From IMG/VR virus record IMGVR_UViG_3300034283_001913, positions 1 through 64,000 of that record: a stretch of DNA of 64,000 nt; one strand, written 5' to 3'. Below, in pieces: positions 56,139 to 64,000 of the stretch (position 1 is the stretch's first letter; each line of letters begins with the position of its first letter). The notes beneath the pieces are model-generated. The model had not been told where the DNA came from, searched no databases, and saw only the letters and a list, made by a program, of their open reading frames with translations. This DNA comes from a virus. Made by a program: the position numbers and the translations under genes.

Positions 56139-59100
56139 ATGATTTGCGTATTAACAACAGAACAACAGCGAAAGTTCCGAAAAAAGGTTGCGAAGAACTT
56201 ACTAGACATAACAGAGCAAAATACTCCTTTCAGTGTAAAGGAGTATGCTACTTCTGTCTATAACCGTGTCTTAGAGAAGACGCAGAACTCAGATCTTGCT
56301 CTTACATATGCGGCTCTGGCTCCTCTTTATATTGATCAGATAGCCAGTGCTGACAGAAATGTCAAGATGGCTTTGATGGATAAAAACGTGAGCTTTGATG
56401 AAATAGCTCGGATGGTAAGAGATTTTGGAAATGAGGAAACAGGTCTGGAAGCTGTTAAAACTACTTTAGGTATAGCAGCTAATATCGTCGGTGATGTTCG
56501 TAATATGAACGAGAGTTTGCAACAACAGACTCAAGAGCCTCCGGTTCAAGCCCCTCCCGTAACACCATCTGTTTCTGCTAATCAACCGGTACCTGATCCT
56601 GATTTAAGGACATCTTCTTCTAAGAAACAGTTTAATGCGGCTAAGCCTACTATTATGGCTACAAGAACGCAAGAAGCTATTTCTGATAAAAAGGGTGATC
56701 CAAACTACAATGTGCCTAATCCTGTTCTTGTTCCTTTCTTTAAAACAATTAGAGATGTTTTAACTAAACTATTTTCTCCGGTTGTAGATAGAGATGCGAA
56801 TAAGATAGAGATTGTTCCAGGTATGCCTGGCGTAAAGTTACGCTTGATGCCTATTAATCAGATTGACAGATCTAAAGTCTTAAGTAGAGATCTTCAACCT
56901 GCAGAGGCAAACAAGCCTAGTAACTATGATTCCAATGAGCCTGTACTTGTCCTAACAGATAAATACGGTCAGCCTATTTTTTTTAATGATAACGGTGAGT
57001 ATGATCCAAACGGAACACCTCGTTACTATTATTTCAGACAACTCTATTCTGGAAACTTTGATGCGCAAGGTAATCTGCAACCGTATAGAGCAGTTACACC
57101 AGGTACAGCAGATGATTACAGTCGCATAGATGCTTTAGCTAGACAGAAAAGAATTTCAAAAGAGGAAGCTCGTGCACAGATTATAAAAGATCTTGAGCTT
57201 GTTCAGAAACTTCGTAAAGCTCTTAAGGATAATCCTGATGAGATGCTTCTTATGGATATTACGGGAGGAAGCATGGGTTATGCTGACTGGGACTTTAATA
57301 CTTTTACTCGTCTTTCTTCTATTGATTTTGCAGGTGAAAATATCAGATTTGAATCTGCTAAAACAGAAGGAGGCGTGGTTGATTTAGGAAGAGTTGTATT
57401 TACTACAAAACAGTTACCTGGATTAAAAATTGAGCTAGAGAGACCTGTAATAAAAGACTCTCCCAATATGGTAGATCTTTTGGCAAACCTTATGACTCAA
57501 GATCTTGTAGAGAAGAATAGTGTTGGAGATACTGTTAAAGTAAGTGTTCAAAAAAGAATCGATTATATCAATCAGTATTTCATGACCAGACAAGAAGGTC
57601 TGGATGTTTACTCTAATGAAGATGGTTCTTTTACTGTGAAGTTGATGGGTAATGTAATATACCAATCTCTTCCTACTCTTTATAAAAATCAACAAGGAGA
57701 CTTTGTCAATAGAGAAGTTGCGCCTACAGCTCAAGAGCTCGCTGAAAACGAGCTCATGGGTCAAACAGCTAGGACTGAAATAAAAAATTATCTTTCTAAT
57801 CTTCAGGTTCAAGCTAAACCTTTGGATTCTAATAGTGTTACAGATTTTCAAAAGCGTAAAGCTATTTCTGGTACAAACTTTTATGATCCGCAAACTAGAT
57901 CTAAGTTTACAAAACCTGGCGATATTTTTTATAATACAGCTACAGGTCTTTATTACAGTGTACAGTATCCTAAAGGTAACGTCAAAGCCGATTTATTAAA
58001 TAGAAATTTCTCTGATCTTTCTATTGCTAGAGAAGGCGATCGTTTCATGGTTAATCAAACAGAAAAACCATATAACGATTACATAAAAGAAAACTTTACC
58101 ATACACTATCCTTTAAACGCTCAGCGCCAGCTCTTCCGTCTTAATGCCTATCTATCATTTGAGCCTACTAGTTCTACGATGGAAAAGATTAATCCGAGAG
58201 TTGAACCTCGTGTAGAAACACCAGTTGCTACATCTACTACTACGGATGCTACTGTGCCTCCTGTACAGACAAGTGCTCTACGAGATGCGATGAATAATCC
58301 AGAACTTGATAAGGGCATAGATGTAAAGAAAGATGAGTTAAAAGCTACTGAAGCTCAAATCGAGGCTGCCCGTAAGTGGTACGAAAATCATCCTCTTAGT
58401 AAATACTTTCCTTTTGAGGCCATGTTTACCATGGTTAACTCAAAAAATCGTCGTGCGGTAGCTACATGGTCTATGCAAGGTATTACTTTGTATAGAGGAT
58501 CTGATTACTCAGATCTCTACCACGAAGCATGGCATGGATTTACTCAAGCTTTTCTTTCTCCTGCTCAGAAAAAAGCTTTGTATGCAGAAGCTGGTAAAAT
58601 GTCTGGATCCTTTGTAGATTACAAAGGAAACACTGTTAAATTCTCTGATGCTGATGAAAAGCAGCTTGAAGAGTATCTAGCTGAAGATTTTCGTAAGTGG
58701 ATGCTCAAAGGTGGAAAAGCAGATATTGCGCAGCCTGTTAAGAAGACTATCTTCCAGAAGATACTTGATTTCTTAAAAGCTTTGTTCGGCGACCTTACTT
58801 ATGACGAAGTTGTAGCAGACTCTAAAGCTCTTCGTACTATTCATACTTTATATGAAAAACTCCGTGTAGGAAATCTTAGCGAATACACATTCTCTGAAGA
58901 CAACGCTACTTTCGGAGTACTAGAAAAAGGTATGATGGCTATCAAAGAAGATGCTTCTGTAAAATCTTTGAGCTATGAAGACTCTAGATATCTTGTAGAG
59001 TTGACTGATTCTTTGATGTCAGAGTTTGTAGATGAATTTTCTAAGAACAAAAGATCATCAGGAAATATATCATATAAATGGACCAGCACTCTTCTTAAGA

Positions 59101-62100
59101 AAAAAGCAGGTCTCAAACTTGCTTATCAGCATGTTCTAGAAAGATCTATCAATACTAGAAATGCTCTTAAGGCAAAGTTGGATGCTGCTACAGAAGACGT
59201 TGTAAAAAACAGTCTTACCAAACAAGTTCAGCGCCTAGATTGGTTCATTGACAACTTTGGTAATGTTGATAATCTTCTTGAGAACCGTCCTAAAAAAGGA
59301 GAGGATACTCGCAGCGTTATTGCTTATCATATGCTTAAGTCTCAGGTTCTTGAACCTGAAACAAAAGAAGGTTTCTTTGATGAGGATGTTACTAAAGAAG
59401 AAGATCTTTGGTCTAAAGGAAGAGAAGGATATGATAAGGGAGGTAACGAGCTTTCTCACCAAGAGATGGCGAGTACCGAGATTCTATTCTTAATGCGTAG
59501 TCTACACAAAGTAGACAAGAACGGTCAGCCGGTATATATGCCTGGCACAGAATATGAGTATGAGGAAAACGGTGTAAAGAAAAAAGCAGGTGTTCCTCAG
59601 CTTGAATCGTTTGACCGGGTATGGAATGCTACAGCAAAGCTTTTGCAAAACACTCTAAACATTGAGACTATGTTTGCTAAGTTAGCTGAATACAGAAAGA
59701 ACAACAAAGATTTCCCTATGGCTCAGCTTATGGATAAGATGGGCCCTGTGGATACAACGGGTACAACAGAATGGCATCTTTGGACAAACTTCTGGCAAAC
59801 TTTTAATAAATCTCGTGTACCTCTTGTACAAGCTGGTGTAGAGATTGTTAATGTAAATAAAGAAGGTAAAGCTCTCAATTTTGAAAACTGGAGATACGAG
59901 ATTAAGATTGGACAATCTTCTGGTAATATAAAACGGGTTGCTACAGATTGGGAACATTACTTTGCTTCAGCTAAAACTAGGTTTATAAAACCGGATAAAA
60001 ATGGTGTAAACTATCTGGACATGGCTGAGGTAATTAAAGCTTACCCTAAAGCGCCTACAGGAGCTAAAGAACAGTTAGCTTTTTTAAGAGATATCGGATT
60101 CTTACTAGAGGAAGATAATCTTGACATTGAAAATGCTCTTCTTGATGAACAGTTTGATGCAAAACCTTTTTGGTATGTAATTAGTAAGCTTAATAAGAGA
60201 AGAGATAATTCGGGTAAACCCGCTGTAAAGATTACTAGACTTTCTCATCTTAAAGAAAAGTATCCTTCTTTTCAAGGTAAAGATGATAACGGCAGAGATG
60301 TTACATATCCTGAACTAGAAGGTGAAGGCCAAAACTGGAATAAGATTCTTGAAGCTGAAGCTAAATACTCAGATCTCAGAGGAAACTTCATGGTTACAAA
60401 TGCTGAGGGTAATACTCAGTTTGAACATACCTTGAATAACTCTTTGACTATTATGGTCAATGCTGTTAACGATGTATCTACTTATCAAGAGCTTATCAAC
60501 TTACCGTGGATGAGACATCTTGATGTAAAGAGAAACCCGTGGGCTAAGTCTTCTGTATGGCTTAATTCCATATTTGATATGGAGGATCTTGATGGAGAAG
60601 GAAATATTATAGGAAAGAAAAGATTAGATCCTAAAGGACAACCTGTAAAGTTTGTATTAGAAAATCTTAGCGGTGTTGCTGTAGAAAAAAATGGTGAGTT
60701 TGAAAATGAAAAAGGTATTTCTTCTGCCAAGGCCGATGTAGTTACAAAGCTTTTGATGGACCTACACTTAAGTATATTAAGAGGTTCTCCGGAGCTTATG
60801 AGACATGCTGATAAGGGAACATCTTTTTCTGTATTTGTAAGTCGTATATACAATCCTAAAGTTTCTACAAAAGCTGGACAACTTGCTACAGCGTATGTTC
60901 CTACTATTCAGTTGCTCAGAGATCTGAAAAATGATAACAATCAGTCTCTTGGTTATAGTGAAGGAGATGAGAATATGTTTAGCAACTATATGCTTGGTTA
61001 TATCAATGCAGAGCATGCTCGTATAAGACAGCTCCGTAAAATGGCCAAGGACGGTGCAACAGATTTTGACTTTAAGTATCTGACCAACGGTAGAGGATTT
61101 GTAGCTTTTTCTGATGTATTAACTATAGATACTAAGAAAGCTTTGCTTAAACTAGATCAAGACCTAGATACGTATCTTAAGCAGAATACAGAAGACGCAA
61201 GAGCTCTTCGTAATGCGATGAAGACTGATGTGATTCAGTACTTTAACAAAGAGACGGCTCGTGTAATGGATATGTTTAAGAATGCTAGAGGTATCGATGG
61301 TAAGCTTTTGGTCGGTAAAAGCGTCTTGACAAAACTTAGTGGTCAAATCCGAAATGAAAATCTTGGGTCTGATAATCTTAAAACAGGAGCTCAAGAAAAT
61401 GCCCTGGTTAAATCTTTCGTAATAAACAGTTGGATTCACAATATGGAATCTGTATCTGTTATCTATGGTGATCCTGCTCTTTATAACATGAAGAAAGAGG
61501 AGTTCCATAAACGTAACGCAGGTGTAGGTTCTACCGGTACAATTTATCGTACAGATTCTTTGGCTATGGACTATGTAAATGGAGTTCTTGGCCGAGGATA
61601 TCGTAAAAAGAGATTCCCAGAAAAACAAGAAGACTATCCTTTTGATGGTCGTATGAACACAGCTGTTGTAAGGGATAATGAAATCCGTTCTACATATTTT
61701 AGTCAGTATGCTGATGCTCTTATTAAAGATGAGATGGCTCGTACTAATGTTAGTCGTCAGGAAGCAGAAGCTAAAGTACTTGGAGCGGAAAGAGATAAAG
61801 ATGGTAATATTACCAAACTTGGTACTGTATCAGATCCTATTGAAGGAGGCTTGATATATGCGTACCAGAAGATGAATGAAGGAGATGCTCAAGGTTGGAT
61901 AACTTTTGACTCTTATAGAATACTTCTTAACCTAGAAGGTAAGTGGAGTGATCAGCAAGAGGAGATGTACCAGAAGATTATAAATGGTCAAGATATCGAT
62001 CATAGAACACTTACTCAATTCTTCCCTCCTCAAAAGCTGCAGTATTTTGGACCGCTCGATACTGAAGGATTGCCTATTACGGCGTTCCACAAGTTTTCTT

Positions 62101-64000
62101 TATTTCCTCTTGTACCTACAGTAATCAAAGGTACCAAGCTTGAAGATCTACACGATAAGATGGTCAATGAAAACATTGACTATGCTTTATTCCAATCAGG
62201 TTCTAAAGTAGGTACCATTACTAAGGAGGCTAAGAAGAAAGAAAAAGATGGCTTTACATCTTTTGATCCAGTATATGATAAGCTTTATTCTTCTGATGGA
62301 GATCGCCAGATTTCTGAAGAAACCTTTACTAAAAACACAATCTTCTTAAATTATCTGAAGAACCAGCTTGAGATTGCACCGGAGTTTAAAGAGAAGGTTA
62401 CTTTCTCTACTCAGTTACGAAAGCTTATTGAAGATGGTCTTATTGAAGGAGGAGTGCCTGTAGATTTCCGCAAAGATGTAAAAAATATCAATCAGCGTCG
62501 AGCTCTATGGAAAGCCCTCAGAACAGAAGAAGCTAGAGAAAGAGAATCTCCTAAATACAAGCTTTATAAAAAGTATGAGAGCAATGTTCAGAAGCTTACT
62601 GAGCTTAAGAAGCTAGAGCTTTTGGATGAGATGAACTGGAAGATGGTTAATGGCAAACCAGAAGGTAGCCTGAAAAATCTTTTAGAGTTTGTAAGAAAAG
62701 AGATGACTCGTCAGGAGATGGCGGATCACGAGATTGATTTTGTAGATCTTGGCTATGGCGGAAATAAGATTAAGCATGACTTTTCAATGTCTCTGTCTGC
62801 AGAGAAGATTGAGAAGATGCTTAACTCTATTGTTACTCGTCGACTGATTAAGCAGAAAGTAAACGGTGAGGCTCTTATTCAAGTATCTGGTGCTGGATTT
62901 GAAACAGCCTCTTCTACTGGTAGAGATTATACTAATCCTACAGATGAGCAGAGAAAGAGATGGGGTACAAACGATCTTCCTACTTATCATAAAAAAGCTG
63001 ACGGTACAACTGCAGCTATGAAAGTAAAAGTTGCAATGCAAGGGCAGTTTAAGAAACTACTTAATCTTCGCGACAAAGAAGGTAATAGAATAGGTACCGT
63101 AGATAAGCTTAACACTTTGCTTCAAGATGAAGAGTGGTTAAATACAGCGGATCACCGGCGCATGATTACGATGGTCGGTGTGCGTATTCCAGTTCAGGGT
63201 CTTAACTCTATGGAGTTTATGGAGGTGTATGAGTTCTTACCAGAAGAAGCTGGTAATATCATAGTGCCGCCGGCAGAGATTGTTGCTAAATCGGGATCTG
63301 ACTTTGACATTGATAAGCTTACAGTGATGATGCCATCATATACTACGGAGATCCAAGAAGACGGATCTCGTAGAATAACTATGGCTAGGCAGCGTACTAA
63401 GCAAGAAGTAGATAAACTCTATGCTCAATATGAAAGATACTATGTAGAAAAAGAAAGAGCTCTTACAGAAGTATCACCTGTTACAGGTTCTCTTGAAGAT
63501 CTTGCACCTTTTAATAGTCTTTTATTTAGCATATTTGGAGACACTGCTGAAAATCTGGATGCGGAGCTTGCAGATATTCTTAGAGAAGAAGGTAAGATTT
63601 CTTCTAAAGAAGATTTTGCTCGTAAGCTCAATGGTACAAAAGCCGTTGAGAATGATCTCATCTGGAACATTAAAGAGATCCTTGAGCTTGAAGATAACTT
63701 TGCTGCTCTAATTAAGCCTAACGGTACAGATATTGTTAAGCCTCTTGCAGACGAGCTTGCTTCTAAAGTCACTCAGTATAATCCTAAACAAAGACTTTCG
63801 GGAGAACTTTCAGCAGAGGATGCTGCAGAGCTTGGTGAAATTCCTGGTCAGATTGCTGGAACAAGAATATTTGAAATAGGTTACAACCAGTATAAGCATA
63901 GTTCAAATAACATTGGTAAACAAACTCTTGGTCTGGGTGCCGTAGATAATACTTTCAACAGCATCTTTAACCGAATAGGAGCTTATCTATTACCGGTAGC
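56139..64000 (+). CDS. Giant virion RNA polymerase, 3'-truncated (not in ORF track)
   Basis: ATG 56139. In the same frame: HEAWH zincin (58521), DAQGW (about 61884), RIPVQG (about 63183) and catalytic GSDFDIDK (DFDID at 63300-63314), as in crAss-like phi14:2 gp66-type enzymes. Confidence 0.9.
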   Translation, partial: MICVLTTEQQRKFRKKVAKNLLDITEQNTPFSVKEYATSVYNRVLEKTQNSDLALTYAALAPLYIDQIASADRNVKMALMDKNVSFDEIARMVRDFGNEETGLEAVKTTLGIAANIVGDVRNMNESLQQQTQEPPVQAPPVTPSVSANQPVPDPDLRTSSSKKQFNAAKPTIMATRTQEAISDKKGDPNYNVPNPVLVPFFKTIRDVLTKLFSPVVDRDANKIEIVPGMPGVKLRLMPINQIDRSKVLSRDLQPAEANKPSNYDSNEPVLVLTDKYGQPIFFNDNGEYDPNGTPRYYYFRQLYSGNFDAQGNLQPYRAVTPGTADDYSRIDALARQKRISKEEARAQIIKDLELVQKLRKALKDNPDEMLLMDITGGSMGYADWDFNTFTRLSSIDFAGENIRFESAKTEGGVVDLGRVVFTTKQLPGLKIELERPVIKDSPNMVDLLANLMTQDLVEKNSVGDTVKVSVQKRIDYINQYFMTRQEGLDVYSNEDGSFTVKLMGNVIYQSLPTLYKNQQGDFVNREVAPTAQELAENELMGQTARTEIKNYLSNLQVQAKPLDSNSVTDFQKRKAISGTNFYDPQTRSKFTKPGDIFYNTATGLYYSVQYPKGNVKADLLNRNFSDLSIAREGDRFMVNQTEKPYNDYIKENFTIHYPLNAQRQLFRLNAYLSFEPTSSTMEKINPRVEPRVETPVATSTTTDATVPPVQTSALRDAMNNPELDKGIDVKKDELKATEAQIEAARKWYENHPLSKYFPFEAMFTMVNSKNRRAVATWSMQGITLYRGSDYSDLYHEAWHGFTQAFLSPAQKKALYAEAGKMSGSFVDYKGNTVKFSDADEKQLEEYLAEDFRKWMLKGGKADIAQPVKKTIFQKILDFLKALFGDLTYDEVVADSKALRTIHTLYEKLRVGNLSEYTFSEDNATFGVLEKGMMAIKEDASVKSLSYEDSRYLVELTDSLMSEFVDEFSKNKRSSGNISYKWTSTLLKKKAGLKLAYQHVLERSINTRNALKAKLDAATEDVVKNSLTKQVQRLDWFIDNFGNVDNLLENRPKKGEDTRSVIAYHMLKSQVLEPETKEGFFDEDVTKEEDLWSKGREGYDKGGNELSHQEMASTEILFLMRSLHKVDKNGQPVYMPGTEYEYEENGVKKKAGVPQLESFDRVWNATAKLLQNTLNIETMFAKLAEYRKNNKDFPMAQLMDKMGPVDTTGTTEWHLWTNFWQTFNKSRVPLVQAGVEIVNVNKEGKALNFENWRYEIKIGQSSGNIKRVATDWEHYFASAKTRFIKPDKNGVNYLDMAEVIKAYPKAPTGAKEQLAFLRDIGFLLEEDNLDIENALLDEQFDAKPFWYVISKLNKRRDNSGKPAVKITRLSHLKEKYPSFQGKDDNGRDVTYPELEGEGQNWNKILEAEAKYSDLRGNFMVTNAEGNTQFEHTLNNSLTIMVNAVNDVSTYQELINLPWMRHLDVKRNPWAKSSVWLNSIFDMEDLDGEGNIIGKKRLDPKGQPVKFVLENLSGVAVEKNGEFENEKGISSAKADVVTKLLMDLHLSILRGSPELMRHADKGTSFSVFVSRIYNPKVSTKAGQLATAYVPTIQLLRDLKNDNNQSLGYSEGDENMFSNYMLGYINAEHARIRQLRKMAKDGATDFDFKYLTNGRGFVAFSDVLTIDTKKALLKLDQDLDTYLKQNTEDARALRNAMKTDVIQYFNKETARVMDMFKNARGIDGKLLVGKSVLTKLSGQIRNENLGSDNLKTGAQENALVKSFVINSWIHNMESVSVIYGDPALYNMKKEEFHKRNAGVGSTGTIYRTDSLAMDYVNGVLGRGYRKKRFPEKQEDYPFDGRMNTAVVRDNEIRSTYFSQYADALIKDEMARTNVSRQEAEAKVLGAERDKDGNITKLGTVSDPIEGGLIYAYQKMNEGDAQGWITFDSYRILLNLEGKWSDQQEEMYQKIINGQDIDHRTLTQFFPPQKLQYFGPLDTEGLPITAFHKFSLFPLVPTVIKGTKLEDLHDKMVNENIDYALFQSGSKVGTITKEAKKKEKDGFTSFDPVYDKLYSSDGDRQISEETFTKNTIFLNYLKNQLEIAPEFKEKVTFSTQLRKLIEDGLIEGGVPVDFRKDVKNINQRRALWKALRTEEARERESPKYKLYKKYESNVQKLTELKKLELLDEMNWKMVNGKPEGSLKNLLEFVRKEMTRQEMADHEIDFVDLGYGGNKIKHDFSMSLSAEKIEKMLNSIVTRRLIKQKVNGEALIQVSGAGFETASSTGRDYTNPTDEQRKRWGTNDLPTYHKKADGTTAAMKVKVAMQGQFKKLLNLRDKEGNRIGTVDKLNTLLQDEEWLNTADHRRMITMVGVRIPVQGLNSMEFMEVYEFLPEEAGNIIVPPAEIVAKSGSDFDIDKLTVMMPSYTTEIQEDGSRRITMARQRTKQEVDKLYAQYERYYVEKERALTEVSPVTGSLEDLAPFNSLLFSIFGDTAENLDAELADILREEGKISSKEDFARKLNGTKAVENDLIWNIKEILELEDNFAALIKPNGTDIVKPLADELASKVTQYNPKQRLSGELSAEDAAELGEIPGQIAGTRIFEIGYNQYKHSSNNIGKQTLGLGAVDNTFNSIFNRIGAYLLPV

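Noticed and set aside
52-63772. Minus-strand and nested alternative-frame ORFs in the track
   Set aside because: They lie within well-supported + strand genes and show no recognisable motifs; treated as shadow ORFs.
1-64000. Stop-codon reassignment, as in some crAss-like phages
   Set aside because: Genes are long and intact in code 11, and both TAG (8450, 25487) and TGA (6536, 10186, 38370) end genes at sensible boundaries.

Overview
All 64 kb read as the co-oriented (+ strand) late/virion region of a crAss-like (Crassvirales-type) phage of a Bacteroidota host, using the standard genetic code. Gene order: tail-fibre/adhesin genes, a multi-gene lysis cassette, small DNA-binding/Zn-finger/nuclease genes, large terminase, portal, scaffold-like protein, major capsid protein, nine tiny basic ORFs, ferritin, Cys-rich virion proteins, IHF-like protein, tail ring and muzzle proteins, large cargo proteins, and a giant virion RNA polymerase (DFDID motif) running off the right end. 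Product calls come from recalled motifs and synteny; no database search was run. The most striking unexplained signal is regulatory: an intergenic hairpin-plus-terminator at 30849-30914 is complementary, through two boxes, to a GTCAGT(CA)..AACCAAC motif at the translation start regions of four distant genes, suggesting a trans-acting antisense sRNA regulon. Also notable are a structured RNA after the capsid gene, a four-copy TAAAY-N7-GTTTA palindrome, a TTTG-N19/20-TATATTATAG promoter-like motif, and a recurrent [YFMK]xxGG motif that punctuates a 2104-aa modular cargo protein and the small basic proteins.
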